Below are positions 14,281 to 28,523 of a stretch of DNA of 64,000 nt, in pieces (the stretch's first letter is position 1; every line of letters begins with the position of its first letter). The stretch spans positions 95,728,001 to 95,792,000 of the forward strand of contig NC_042999.1 in NCBI RefSeq assembly GCF_006345805.1, read 5' to 3'. Made by a program: the position numbers and the translations under genes. The notes below the pieces were generated by a model. That model was not told the DNA's origin. It searched no databases and saw only the letters and a program-made list of their open reading frames with translations. The stretch is from Octopus sinensis. Taxonomy: Eukaryota.

Positions 14281-14668
14281 CACAGGAGTGGCTGTGTGGT
14301 AAGTAGCTTGCCTACCAACCACATGGTTCTGGGTTCAGTCCCCCTCCGTGGCATCTTGGGCAAGTGTCTTCTGCTATAGCCTCGGGCCGACCAATGCCTT
14401 GTGAGTGGATTTGGTAGACGGAAACTGAAAGAAGCCTGTCGTATATATGTATATATATTTATGTATGTGTATGTATATGTTTGTGTGTCTGTGTTTGTCC
14501 CCCTAGCATTGCTTGACAACCGATGCTGGTGTGTTTACGTCTCCGTCACTTAGCGGTTCGGCAAAAGAGATCGATAGAATAAGTCCTGGGGTCGATTTGC
14601 TCGACTAAAGGCGGTGCTCCAGCATGGCCGCAGTCAAATGACTGAAACAAGTAAAAGAGAAAAGAGAT
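14281..14668 (+). mobile_element. tRNA-derived SINE with internal microsatellite and CR1-like 3' tail
   Basis: A-box-like TGGCTGTGTGGTA, B-box-like GGTTCAGTCCC, and tail GGCGGTGCTCCAGCATGGCC...TGACTGAAACAAGTAAAAGA. Several other copies occur in the window. Confidence 0.9.
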
Positions 14669-14988
14669 ATATATATGTCTTAAGTGTTACTTTTTAAATA
14701 AGAAACAATACTAAAGTAGCACTGAAATGACTAGAGGAAAACAGAAGCTTGTCATTATTAGCAATTCCTATTGTGAAAATTGTAGTTAATTTTAAAAATT
14801 GTGAGAGTGAGACTGACTTTTATTAGATTTCTGAAAACTACAAGTTATAATTGGTTCTTTCTGTCAAATATCATAACGATTGTAATGATAATAAATAATA
14901 TTGATCCAATATCTCTTTCCATTTTGCAACTAAGATCACTTTTATGTTTCAATTTTTGTCTGCTGCAATTATTTGAATCTATGTTTAG

Positions 14989-15029
14989 GAGCAGTTATGC
15001 TGAAATTTTAATCAAAAATTTCAAAGCAG
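14989..15029 (+). CDS. Candidate exon (SSYAEILIKNFKA, phase 2 to 1)
   Basis: TATGTTTAG acceptor and CAG|GTATTG donor; only one frame open. Confidence 0.3.
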
Positions 15030-16744
15030 GTATTGCATATGATATGAATCCTCATTGAATGATTTGTTAGTTAATTCTCACAAAAGTTATCAGCCAAAAG
15101 AATAGTCTAGAATCTATAAGGAATTATGTAAGAAATACCTTGAGTACATTTTAGCATTTCTTATATCTCTAACAAAGCTTTACATAACAACTTGCTACTT
15201 ATGTTTGTTATTCAGCATTACTAAATCTATTCTACTTCATTTTTGTATCTATTCTATTTCCACTATTAAAACTTGTTAAATGTTGTTAGATTATGTTAGT
15301 GTAAACTATTGAAGTGTAATGGATGTATTGATTAAAAATATACTACCTATCTTAAAGGAAACTGATATCTGTTGCAAAAACTTAGATTCATCATTACTGT
15401 TCATTTCATCCTTGAACATTCTATGATAGCTAGAGATTTTGTTTTGTATTATTTGTATTAATATATTCAAACATTAAAAAATCATGTTATTTAAACTAAT
15501 CAAGTATTGTTTAGAGGGATGATGTTATTAAACATCTGTATTACTGGAGTAAGCTAGCCACATCTATGGTGCTTTGCTGTAAAATGTTTATCTGTTGGCA
15601 ATTAAACTCTTAAGACTTTTACTTACAAATAGTTGAAAACAGGACATTAGAACTTGTAGTGCATTCTTAAAATGATAGGGATCTGTTGGATAGATAATTT
15701 GATTAATCTGACTTCAACAAATTTATTCCATCATTAATTATAATAGTAACTTATGTAACTTTACTGATATTCATTATCTTAGATGAGTTGTTTAAATTTT
15801 GTTATTTTTAATGGGAGTGGAGCTTCTCATATTTATATTGTGAGCAGCATAAGTCAGGCTTCAGTAGATTTTCTCTCACAACTTATATAACTGTTAGTCA
15901 AGCTTTAAATATTTTTATTTATTTTCATCATCACCTTTTCTTGCCCATTGATAAATCTTGTTACTACTTTGCCTTACTATGACCATCTCAATTATACTTT
16001 ATCACAACTATGATCATTATTGTGATTTATTCAAGAGTATAGCTATTTTTATGACCAATAACATATTTTATATCCTTGTATTTGTCACCTTCTGTCTAAA
16101 ATCTGTACAACTGTTTCTTTTTATTCAATTAATTTTCTTTATTATTGTATTTTGTGTTATTATTTTTATTTCCCTTTATTTTTTCTCTTTATTATTTCTT
16201 ATATTTCTTCCTTTTATGCAATGCGCACACACACACATACACACACGATTCTGAAAAATCAAGTATTCTGAAACATGTATGGTTTTGACCATCAACCTAT
16301 TTCATGATATAATATGATCTACTATATTATTTGATCCTGTATACTGTGATCAGTTATAAAAAGATCAGGAATTACCTGAGGAGGTGCTTCATATGCCTAT
16401 CCTCCAAATAACTAACCAATCATTAAATAGAAGCATTGCTGAAGTAAATGATGAGAAAATGAAACTTATAAGTCATAAGTTAAAATCAGACATTGGTATT
16501 CATTATAACCTAAAGCAACTTACATTATTTGACTTTATTTGGCCTAATTAACTGAAAATGTACATATCTTTCCTTTTTCACAAATAATTGGTTGCATTAT
16601 ATGAGACATTCATTTTTATATTTTGTTTTTAATAATTTTTTAAAATGTATGAATTGAAAAGTATCAAAATATTCATTATTTATTTTTCCATACTTTGTTT
16701 CTTACATATATTTAACACGACCCATGACTTTCTTGTTTATATAG

Positions 16745-16846
16745 ACTCACAACAATTTTGGGAATATTTCACTGCCTTATATTGGTGGTGCAGCAGAAGA
16801 ACAATTATCAAACTGCCAGTTCTGCTTTCGCAGTATTCCAAATTTG
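16745..16846 (+). CDS. Candidate exon, 102 nt (DSQQFWEYFTALYWWCSRRTIIKLPVLLSQYSKF or THNNFGNISLPYIGGAAEEQLSNCQFCFRSIPNL)
   Basis: Strong TTTCTTGTTTATATAG acceptor and TTG|GTGAGG donor. Length is a multiple of 3, GC is higher than the flanks, and two frames are open. Confidence 0.5.
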
Positions 16847-17887
16847 GTGAGGTTATCTAGCATGCTTTAAGATGATAAATCTTCAATGTGCTAATCCTTC
16901 TTATCCTATTTAAAGCTTTACTAATAAAAATACTCCACAGCTACATAAATGTAGTTTCATACTAAACTTCAGATAATCTTTCATTGGTATCCCTGCTTAA
17001 AAGGACACTGATATGTGACCAGATCTGATATTTTTGTAATGTTTTCACTATGAATCTACTAGAACTTCTCAATGGTTCCACATTTTTATTTAGTTTCCTA
17101 AACAGTGATCAATTAAGTGATCACAATAAGTTAAATGACTTAACCTTGGCAAGAACTTGCATTTTATATACTACCTTGTATAATTTGATGCTTTCATACT
17201 CATTGACAGTCCCACCTACTTGCTATGTGGTCATCTTTATTATGTATTTTAATGATATCTACACCCACAAAGATGTATAAACAATTTATCTAAATGTTTA
17301 TTAAGTTGCTTTCAAAAACAGAACTACTTTTGTGACAGTTCCTTCTTCAAAGCAGCAAAGTTATCAACATCAAATAGTAGTTATTACTGTGAATTACTGA
17401 AAGGAAAACTCATTATCTAGCAAACTAATACAAAAAAAAAATATTAAAATTAAAAATATGAAGATATTCTAATAAAACATTTACTTTGTGCAAGTCAACA
17501 GTTTGGTATTATTTGCATAAAATGCATAAATCAGGCACTGTTGATAAAGGCTTTCGATAGATAAGACTATTCCGAAATTGTTTCCAATGAAGACATTAAC
17601 AATGAAAATCAAACCTACAGTTTTTATTAGTTTCCATTATTTATTACTGAGAGTATTGCTTTAAAATTTTGAGGGTATAATCCCTGAACAGCACATAACA
17701 AGCCAAAGGGTTGTTATTTGAACCTAGTCTAGTTTGTCGACTTCAGTGCAGTTAGAGCCATGCTTGTATCTTGATCAGACTATTTATGTATGAAAAACTT
17801 TTAACAAACTGATTGTTTATATATTAATTATTATGAGGACTAAATATTGTTATTATACAGTCTAATAAAACTGAAATGTGTCCATAG

Positions 17888-17929
17888 CTGTTGCCTTGTT
17901 TGATGACAGTGATCAGATTTTCCCTTTAG
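17888..17929 (+). CDS. Candidate exon (VALFDDSDQIFPL, phase 1 to 1)
   Basis: TCCATAG acceptor and TAG|GTATGA donor, 42 nt with an open frame. Confidence 0.3.
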   Translation: MLPCLMTVIRFSL

Positions 17930-19859
17930 GTATGAAAACTGAATATTTGGTAAAATTAATTCTTAAAATTATTTCTCTTTTTCTTTGAGAGTCTCTAACA
18001 ATTACCACTAGGTTTTTTTATTATTTCTCGAAGAGGTAAATTTCAGTTCATTTAAAATCTTTGTTTATGTCATCCAGTACATAACCAATTGTTAACATAG
18101 CCAATATCCATAATAAACATTTGACTTATCAGCAGAGCATTCATATTGATTAATTCTGTCTAAGAAAGTATTTCTTACTTTGCCCTAAAACAATTTTGGT
18201 GTTACATCACCAAAATATTCAATTAATTCACAAGGCTGAATATTCTACACATAATATTGCTCTTAACATAATCCTGTCACACACTATGCCATTAACTTGT
18301 TATAGTGTGTGACATTGCTGACTTTTTGAATTATAGGTACAATTCATTTGACAAGTTCCACAGTTTGTCCATCGAGTTGGACATACATAACTTGGGTCGA
18401 CCTGAATATATGACAATACACACCTATGTTTTGAGCAGTGGAATTCTTGGGACTTCATGATTGCTTAGAAAATTTAGCAATTTGGCTGTACTTGCACCCG
18501 TTTGATCATAGGTTTGCTCAGTCTATGAATTGCTCTATGGCCTTGAAACAAAATGTAGTATCTTAGAAAGACTTGAAGACTTTAATAATGAGCAAGCAAA
18601 ACTCTTTTAAACTTTGCAGATTATTCAATGTAATAGTAGATTTGTAAAACAGTTCAAAAATACTTGTCCTTTTTTTTAAGCTACGAGTTAGCAATGATCC
18701 TGTATACCATTGATCAAAATATATTCCAGCCATGACTATCTTATTTATCTAGGATCACATTAGCCAATATGTCCTTCCCTTTAAGATGCAGTTTAAAAGA
18801 AATTTGACTGTTACTTTTTGCATGTTGAGCAATCATGTACAGGCTCCCTGGTTTGTTTGACCTTTTTCACACACATGAATGTATGTGTAGCCTTACCTTT
18901 GCTTTGGTTAAAAATCATTGTCACTTAATTGTTATTATTGTTTAGAGCAGAACTATAATCAATAGCATTTCAGCAGTGACTACTTGTATTTTTCATTAGC
19001 ACAACAGATCCAGAACCACATTATCTAATGTGTACTTTTTTTACTAAGTATGATGCAATTTAAGGGAAATTTGGCTGCTATTTCAAACTGTTTGAGCCAT
19101 TGCATTTGCTTAATGTCCCGTCTGATATTCCTGATAAAACTTTGAGTAAATTATTGATACTCAATTTAATATTATTTACTTCTCTTTTGGATTGTTACCA
19201 GATTTTCATTTTATCTTTATTGCCATTGAAGGTTATGAAAAGCTTAGATTCATTTTGTTTTTAATCATTAATCAATCCCCCATTTAACCTTTTGAATTCT
19301 TCTACATCAGCAGTGACCTTTCAAACTAAATCACTAACTGAAAAATATTTCAGATAACTGCAATATATATTTAATAAGCATGTTGCTTGTACTTACTTGA
19401 GTTTGGTTTTTCCTTTTCTTTTTTTTTGTGTTGATTTTGTTTCTCATTTTAACAAAGATGTGTTTGCAATATGTGTGCCTGTAGAGGCCATACTGACTTG
19501 GTTTGTATGTGTGTGACTGGCTATTTTTGTCTCCTTAACTCTATTCAGACAATGATCCCAACTGATTGTCATAAAGTCACTTATCAATGCCTTCCAGCTT
19601 TTGGCTCTAAGATATAACTATCTCTTCCTTTTACCTTTTCTGTGACTACTAAAGAGGCCTCTGTTCTTTGGATCTGACTGGTCTCATGGTCTCATACCAC
19701 TTTCATTCAGGTATTCATTTGTCTCACCTACTTTCATTACCTATAATTGTGTGCACTCCTATTCCAGGCTTGCACTAACCACTTCACCCAAACTTTCTTT
19801 AAAATGTCAACTTCTGGAATTCGCCCCCTATATACTTATTTATAATTATCAACTTTTAG

Positions 19860-19920
19860 CTGTTCAAGAACAACATGAATTGCTGTGAATTTGTACCATT
19901 GCTAGATACAAATCACCATT
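19860..19920 (+). CDS. Candidate exon (LFKNNMNCCEFVPLLDTNHH)
   Basis: AACTTTTAG acceptor and ATT|GTAAGT donor. An alternative acceptor at 19905 would give a 15-nt exon. Confidence 0.25.
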
Positions 19921-20063
19921 GTAAGTAACAGAAGCAATATCTTGTTAAAGTATTTTATTAGCTTGCAATGCTGAGTTTAAGTACTTCTAAGAATATGAAG
20001 TAAGCAGCAGAAAGCACTGCCAGTGTGTTTTTTAATTAATAAATGCGCATGATTTGTTTCCAG

Positions 20064-20115
20064 GATCAAGAAATCATTTGCAACTCAAATGCATTGACTC
20101 AAAAGAACTCAGCTG
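20064..20115 (+). CDS. Candidate exon (DQEIICNSNALTQKNSA, phase 0 to 1)
   Basis: TTTGTTTCCAG acceptor and CTG|GTATCT donor. Confidence 0.25.
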
Positions 20116-22349
20116 GTATCTAATGATACAAGTCACTTTATTTCTAATCTATTTTTCCTGACTGTTTATGTTTATTCCTCTGTATCTGTATATAGCTGTT
20201 GGTTTGCCTGTATTTAGAAATTGGTTGATTTGTATCTAGTTATTAATTTACCTACATCTAGTGAGTGGTCTATCTCCTTTCTGACAGGAGAAAAGACAGA
20301 CTCTATCAAAAAGTTAATGCAGTTGGATGGATAAGATTTGTTCTATTATTAATTGTATGATTATTTTAGTTCAATGTTTGACATTGAAAATGAGAACAAT
20401 GTTCTCTTAGAATGGAAAAAAATATTCTAATCCTAATATACAAATATATTAATATATATGTGTGTGTGTGTGTGTGTCTGTGTGTTGGTACATTGCTGAT
20501 TGACAAAATTAAATCTTATGATTATATTTCTAATGAAGCACATTGTCTTTGTGATAAAGTTAATTTTCAAAATAATCAGACATTTAGATAATAACAATCT
20601 CAGATTAAAACCAGGTACTTGATTTCCCAATCATATGGTCCCTGGTTCAGCCACCCTGTATAGGGCATTTGGTAAGTGTTTTCTATAGTACCTTTGGGTG
20701 ACGAATGCTTTGTGAGTAAAATTCACTTGATAGAAACTATGCTGGAGCCAGTCTTGTGCATGTTTGTTTTTGTATTTTTTATATCTATGTATATTTATAT
20801 GCATATACATACATGTGCGTGTATATAAATATGTATGTTATTGGCACTACCAAGAAAAAGGTGCTTTCTTTGCACTCACCAAAGGAATGGAACCTTGGCC
20901 AGGAGAAACTAATGTCATCAGATGGTGTCCAACGATCATCGAGTGTTTTGACCCTGAATCTAACACCTTCCTCTTCGTGGGTCATCAGAGGTGGGAAAAT
21001 CACTGCTCATCATGTCTCTCTGGATTCCAGCTTAACTCCTCCTGCAAGAGGCTCTTTCTGCTGCCTCTCCCATTCTGCTCACAGACACCTCTCATTCCAA
21101 TGGCTATAAGCATCTTCCATACCAAATAGACAAGGAATCCTCTACAGTCAACCTTGACTGGGAAAAGCTATGGCTGTCATCCCTTCACCCTAGAACCCTG
21201 CAGAAGGCTCTTGTATCTGGCATGCTTCAATTCATAGACCTGATGACATCCTGCTTCCCACATAACTGTAAGCTTGATCAAGTTTATTTTCCTTGCCTTT
21301 TCACACTACAGAACTGCATCTGGCCTCAGGATTGTACTGACGACCTAGGAGAACTGCTATCTCTCCCCTAGGTCCACTTTCATTGTATAGGTGCTATACA
21401 AAAAAAAAAAAACCTCCACAATCTGTGAAGTGGTTAGTATTTGGAAGGGCATCCAGTTATAGAAACCCTGCCAAACTGACTCTAAAGTATGACATGGTCA
21501 TCCACTGCATCAAATGCTACTGAGTCATTCAACCTATGCCAGCATAGAGGAGGAATGTAAAATGATTATACCTTCATGTGCACGCATATGTGTGTGTGCA
21601 GCATTGAATTGCATTCCTTTATGTCAAAAAGTAATATTGCCATTTAGTGAATAGAGATTGATAAAATAAGTACTAGACAGAAATAAGTACTAGGGTTGAT
21701 ATGATCAACGAGCTCTTTAGTGAAAATCTTTAAGCATGGATATAGTCTTTGTAGTTAAAAATCAGTAAAAGCAAAAACAGATTTTCATTATTAAGTTGGT
21801 GTTTAGAAAATAGCTTAATATGAGATTCCTTCATAAGATTACAAGAGAAGGATTTCATTTAAATGTGAATGCTTTAAAACAACAGATTTTACTAGGGGTA
21901 GTCTGAGGTTGGTAGGTATAATGAAATTAGCGTTTAAGAAATATGTATGTTTCAAGTAGGTGAAAATAGCATACACTTTGTTATGGTAGTTTTTACTGTG
22001 TGGTAGTTATTTGTTTCTTGGATAGTCTGATATATTAGTGAACAATAAAAATGTCATTCTATTTTTGAGAGTTGTACTCTCTACCTAAAGAATTGTTGTT
22101 TTGAGAATGGTTAATACAGCAGTTCAGGATGATAATATTCTTCAGTATGGTATAACTGAGTATTTCTGTCTTAATGTGTTTACTGGCTCGATCATGATGC
22201 AAATTAAATTCTCGGAAAAATTTTAAAATATCATTAAAATTAGTCGAATTGTCTTGAATTATTTTTTCAATTACAGCATCACATCTGTTTTTCAGCTTTA
22301 CTAGGGTGTATATAATTCCACAAAAGTATACACATGACCTCACAATCAC

Positions 22350-22550
22350 TATAAATAATCCTTTCTTCTATAGGCACAAGGCTTGAAATTTGTGGGGAGT
22401 GGGGGCCAGTCGATTACATCAACTCCAGTACTTAACTGGTACTTATTTTATTGACCCCAAAAGGATGAAAGGCGTAGTTGACCCCAACGAAATTTGAACT
22501 CAGAAAGTAGAGACAGGCAAAATACCACTAAGCATTCCATCCAGCATGCA
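22350..22550 (-). mobile_element. tRNA-SINE with Nin-like central domain
   Basis: Reverse complement of GAGTTCAAATT...GCCTTTCATCCTTTTGGGGTCAATAAAATAAGTACCAG, the conserved core I associate with Nin-domain SINEs. Other copies are in the window. Confidence 0.8.
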
Positions 22551-23342
22551 CAATCACTATAAATAATATCAGATGATTGAAGTGGACCATCAGAAATTTC
22601 AATTTGATTATTCTAAATAGTCTATATTATTCATTTTAATAAAATATAATACTCAATCATTATTTGAGTTAGGCTAGTCTAATAACACAAAATTATGTAT
22701 TCAATATTGATTTTTGTGTCTATATTTTATTATTGGAAATCAAAGTCAGAATTTGTCTTGCTTTTAATACATATTTTTGTTTTAATTTGATTCCAATTTT
22801 TGGTTTTGAGATTTTCCTGATGTACTCACAACCAAAAATTCTCTTTTTTATGTTAGATTTACATTACAGCTAAAGCTGTCTTGTGATATTGTCTGCTCAA
22901 AGTCTTCTATATATGATTCTTTTTTTGAAAATAGATATTTGAACAATATTTTCTTATTATCTTGAGCAGTTCATTCAAATAAAAACTACATGAATAATTG
23001 TCTCTCTTTAAAATGTTACAAGCTGCATCTTAAGTTGGTTAGAACATCAACATTTCTTGACCCATGTCACCCAAGGTCTACAAGGCAATGTACATTTAGC
23101 TGCAGGAAGTTCATAGATAAGCTATTATAATTTTTCTTAATGAAAACTTCATAAATACATCTTGCTTTCTAACAAACATACATGATAGTCAAAGTCATCA
23201 GTTAAACATCCACATCCTAGATTCATTCTCTTAATGTTTAACTGTAATTGCTGATGCTTACAAAAAAATAATAGTTGCATATAATCTGTAAAAATGAAAG
23301 TTTTGCATTATCTTTGTAAGGCTATGTTACAGTTTATTCCAG

Positions 23343-23498
23343 AAATGTTGTACATTGCTTGACTATGTTCTAAGGAAATTATTAAATTATGGTATTCTAC
23401 TTTTGGTAAAGTCAAGAGATCTGCCATCTCAGTTGACAAACTGGAATGAAGATGTTTCTAATTTAATAGTAAAATATTTCGACAGATGGCTTGCAAAT
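23343..23498 (+). CDS. Candidate exon, 156 nt (KCCTLLDYVLRKLLNYGILLLVKSRDLPSQLTNWNEDVSNLIVKYFDRWLAN)
   Basis: TTTATTCCAG acceptor, AAT|GTAAGT donor, 52 open codons in very AT-rich DNA, phase 0 to 0, helical protein-like composition. Confidence 0.5.
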
Positions 23499-25627
23499 GT
23501 AAGTGCAACATTAAAAAAAAATTGAAGCAATTATTACTCACAAAAATATTTTATCTAACATGTAAAGAAAGTAAAATAATGATAGAATTTTAAAATTTTA
23601 TTTGATATGATTCTTTCAAGTAGTGCATGATATTCTGGACGTAGTTGTGGGTGTATTATTTTTTTTCTTCAGTTGAAGTAGCCTAAAGGTTTCTGTAACT
23701 CATTTGTTTGTTTACTTGGCATTTCATATAAAATTACAGTTGCAATACAGTAAAAATCTAAACATAAGAAAAACTAGAGAGGTTTTGCTCTTCAAATCAA
23801 TAAACTAATCAAAGTGTTTAAAAAAATTCCATGTTTCTTTTAAAAGGTTCATGCTTACATTTTTACATCTTTAATGCTTAAAAAGAATTTTCAAAATTAT
23901 TTGGTTAAGAGTTACAGGCAACTTCTAAAAACTATAATTAAATATACTTGATAAAATCACATGCTATCTTTCTACCTTCCAAAATGGAAGCTAATTATTG
24001 TATGTTCATGAATATGTTTATATTTATATATCACAAACATACTTTATATTAGCCCATGTGCAAGGAAGTACCAAAGCAACACAATTGGATCAATTGTAAT
24101 AAAACGCCCACCTTAATATATTAAAACTTGATATGAAAATCCAATTGCAATCAAATTCTTTCTCTGCATACAAACTTAATCCTTTATTTGAAGTTTACCA
24201 ATTTTGAATACTTATATTAAAATTAAATGATATTAGTATCTGTGTATTATTTGGATTTTTGTAGAGTAATATTGAAAAGAAGGTTCAGTGAGAAGGAGTT
24301 CGAGAAAATCTGTTTTTAAGGAAGAATGATTAAATACAGTGGTTTGAATTCATCTCTTTTTCATGAGAAAAAGAATCAAATTTGTTTGGTATATACATAT
24401 AAAAATTGATATAAGAAAATCCAAAACTATCAGTTATTTGTAAAAGCACAAAGTTGGAAGAACTAACAATGGGAAATATAGAAGTCAATAACTGATGGCT
24501 TGTATGCCTGCTCACTGGATAGCCTTTTTAGCAAGGAAGTATCATATGTATTTGTAAAGGAAAGCAAACTTCATAGTAAAACATACATAGTCTTTGAAAA
24601 ACGTACGTATCTGCCTAGATATGTTCTGAAGTTAAACAGCTAACATATCATTTGACATTAATTTTTTGCTGGAGTTATTGGAATGGACATAAACTAATTT
24701 TACATTGACTCAATACTTAGAAAATAAACAGACTCAAAGCATATTTGGTGAAACATGAACAGGTTATTCATGTCCTACCAAACTTGCTTCGCATTTTCTG
24801 AAATTTCAGAAGTTTCTAATCAAAATAAAGAAGCGGGGAAAAACAAAAATACATCACTAATATAGTCAAAGCATAAGGAATGTTCTTAAAGAAGAGTTGT
24901 TCTTCAAATTTTATTATGAATACATACTAAAATGCTAGTGATTGATGGTAGGGAATCAATCCAGATATGAGAATGTAATATAGAAAATGTCAACTTCATG
25001 TGAAATCAACATTCTAGGAATAAATTATATTTCCATTTTTATGTTAAACTATATCTAGCTGTGTCTAAATTTTGTTATTGAATATGTTCAATGTATGTTA
25101 TTGTACAATATAAAGTGATATTCAAAATAGTTAAGATTGAAAAGGAATGATTTCTAAAATTAAAAGAAAATATAAAGGTAATTGAAAATTTTTGTTTTCT
25201 TTTTTATTCATGCTTTGAGTACTGAAAAATTCAAAGTTGCGACACTTGCCCTTCATCAAAAGAAAGAATAGAAAGACTAAATATTAAAGCTGTAGCTATG
25301 TCAAAGGGAAAACAAAAGTATTTGAGTAATATAGGCAGATAAGTGACTTATTTTCCACAGTTAAAATGAGGTTGTAATGTTTTTATTCTCTTCTTACCTT
25401 ATTTTGATTTGTTAACAAGAGGCACCTCTTTTGTTTTGCTGCAAAATTCATGTGTTGATATCCAAATTTGCAAAATCCTACCCATCCTTTTGTCCCAGAC
25501 TTGCATCTGAAACTATGTATGAAGTAGTTTTAAAGGATAACTTTCTTGCTTTTTGAAGAGAAAAGAGAAAGTAGCAACAAAGTCTTTGCTCAAAAGAGAA
25601 ATACATTTCTTATTTTGCTCACTAAAT

Positions 25628-25835
25628 ATTGATTTCAAATTTTGGCACAAGGTTAGCAAATTCAGTGGAGTGGCTGAGTCAATTAGATGGAACCTAGTGT
25701 TGAACTGATGCTTATTTCATTAACTCCAAAAGATGAAATGCGAAGTCAACCTTTTAACTCAGAGTGTAAAGATGGAAAAGTTGCAACTGAGCATTTTGCC
25801 TGGTGTGCTTATGATTCTACCAGCTCACTGCCTTT
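25628..25835 (-). mobile_element. Nin-like tRNA-SINE, decayed
   Basis: TTTCAAATTTTGGCACAAGG...AAAAGATGAAATGCGAAGTCAAC...AAGCATTTTGCC-like blocks shared with the copies at 22350, 52570 and 57160. Confidence 0.7.
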
Positions 25836-27134
25836 TGCTTACTAGATATTAACATGATGTATCAAATAGCTTTGTATATAAGTTACCAGAATTTTTATGC
25901 AAGTATCAGTTTTCTATAGTTTATACATAGGCTAATTGGCATTGATGTTTGAAAGTTAGGCAGAATGTTATAAGGTGTTTTTCCAGCTCTTTGCATTCTC
26001 AGTGCAAATCCCACCTAGGTCAACTTTGGTTTTCATTCTTCCAGGGTCCGTGAAATAAAGTACCAGGCAAGGATGATATTTTAGTGGTTAATGGAACTGA
26101 CTAACACACTCTCCTTAAAATTGCTGGCTTTGAGCCAAAATTTCAAAAAAAATTTGGAGGATGTTTCCATGGTTTCTGAAAGTTTGGGGCTATTTGTAGT
26201 GAGTTTGTCTTTTGTAGGGAAACAATCATGTGTTCAGTTTCAACCGTGCATTGTGCAAAGCTCCTGTAGCTGTGACACAACTAGGTCGATATCATGGGAG
26301 ACTTGTAGTGCTACAATCTGTCATGGTCTACCTTGATATGTATACACAGCGTCATGTAAAAAGCACTCATGCCAGTGCCTTATCGATGTACTTACACAAT
26401 GCCACATAAAAGCACCCAGCACACTGTAAAGTGGTTGGCATTAGGAGGGGCACCCAGCCATAGAAACCATGCCACTATCTGTATTCCTATACCATACTTT
26501 AACCTCTAAACACTTGACAAAAAGCTACATTTCTCTATTCTACTTACCCACTTATTCTAGAGGCTTGTGTTGTGAGTTACTTGATAACCTCACTACTGCT
26601 GGTGCCATGTAAAAATGCACCCAGATCACTCTGTAAAGTGGTTGGCTTAAGGAAGGGTTTTCTGTTGTAGAAACATTTCCCCTGTCAAATCTGTCTTTTA
26701 TCAACTGCAAATTCGTCATTGCCAGCCTGAATTTCATTATTTTTAGTCTTCGTTACGTTGTTGATTAGCTCAATTCTGTCATTGTAAACTTAAATGTCAT
26801 CACTGTTAAATGGAGTAATTTTTTTTTATGGAAAGACATTGATATCGGTGATTACTTGTGCAGAATTGTAAATGAATGTAAATGTTAAAGAATCTTATAA
26901 AGGATTATAAGTTTGGCATAATAAAAACTGTACCTGACATTACCATAAATGTACATTAGATATAAGTACTACACAACATACATATACAACAAAAACATAC
27001 ATATACAACAAAAAAAAAGGCAAAAATAAATAACATTTATTTAACTTTTTATCCATTATTCCTATTTCTTAATTTTCTTTGAGAAATAGAGTACTATCAT
27101 ATTCAATAATCAAAGTTAGTTGGGTGTCAATTAT

Positions 27135-27165
27135 TACATACTAGCAGAGATACCTGGCATTGCCT
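27135..27165 (+). mobile_element. Helitron-like terminal motif
   Basis: TACTAGCAGAGATACCTGGCATTGCC. A reverse-complement copy lies at about 42285-42312. It resembles termini of non-autonomous invertebrate Helitrons (from recall). Confidence 0.4.
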
Positions 27166-28483
27166 GTGTTACATGCAATTGAAGAATTATACTTTTCAGT
27201 TATATTTTCTGTATTGAACTGGAATATCTATGTTTCGAATTTCATCAAAATTGCAGATGAGGGTTATTTCCCTCTTTACACACCATAAAAAAAATTGTAA
27301 TCATGCTACATGTATCCCATACTACTGATTTTTATGTGCATATTCCAAAATTCCAGTCTTATTGAACCTGTTAAAAGGATTTTGCACATGGAAAATGAAG
27401 TTCATGGAGCTCTAAAATGTGAGAATTTAGGCCCCTGTTGGGGGGGGGGGGTCTTAATATCAAGCAGAGAAGTTGAATTGTTGAGTTTTAACTTGGGTCT
27501 TATATCTATTGTTTGAATTTCTTTGAAATAGGAAATATATGTTCACTGGGTTTGTAAAAAAGAGCAAAGCTACAGGAAACCAAAAGATGAATGCTCACAA
27601 TAAGCAGTCAGCTGCCCTACTCTAGTCGTTACCACTCCCTATGTAGGATTCCTCACCATCCAGGTGACAGGCACAGCCGTAAGATGCATTACGAATCTAT
27701 AGCAATTGGAAGGGCGTGACCCTACTGAAATAAAGATTAACAACTGTGTGACGTGAGGGCTAAAGAGAAAAGAAAGTGTAACCTCTGGAGTTTGCAAATG
27801 ACCACTATACTGATATGTAACTGTTTAGAATAAATTTACAATCTATAAACGTCTTTGAATAACCAGTTACTCATCTGGGAAGGCCTTGAAATCAATGTTA
27901 CCATCTGGGGACTATGTGTGACCCAGTAATAATAAAAAGACTGAAAGGAGGTCTGCAATCAAATAACTTTACTCAACACTTTGCAACTGAATCAGTGGAG
28001 GCAAAGATGCCTCTCATTTACTTGACAATTTATGCACCACATTGCAGAAATCACAATGTAAGTGTATGTCAATGCAAAGTGTTACACTGTTGTACCATTG
28101 AATTACAAATGATGCTCATCTTTTATGCTTGGGTAACCCTACAGCCTTGAAGAGTACAACTGTATTGATCTTTGCTTAGATAAAATGACAAAATTGTGGG
28201 TGTTAAGTTCCCATAGAGGGGTCTTTCTAACTTATGAGATGAAATTTTATAAATATTACTTCATTTGTGTCTAATATCTGTGATTAAAATTTCATGAACA
28301 GCAAAAATATATGAATTGTCATGTGGATGGCCCTTATGCATAGAATATAATTTCCAAATTTCATAAAGATCCATTCAGTACTTTTGACCTAGCTTTGGAT
28401 CATAAAAGAAATGACTAAAATTTGGGAGTTAAGGCCCCCATTAGGGTGTTACATATATATATATATATACACACACACACATA

Positions 28484-28523
<40 letters not shown>

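Noticed and set aside
22085-25506. Phase-consistent minus-strand chain (25506-25398, 24815-24779, 22300-22085) including ORF 22059-22349
   Set aside because: It would overlap the plus-strand candidate at 23343 in antisense, no family was recognised, and dozens of chance ORFs of this length are expected in 64 kb of AT-rich DNA. Left unresolved rather than disproved.
28301-28365. KIYELSCGWPLCIE peptide resembling the STAND NTPase GxP motif
   Set aside because: The frame hits a stop with no splice donor before it; probably coincidence.
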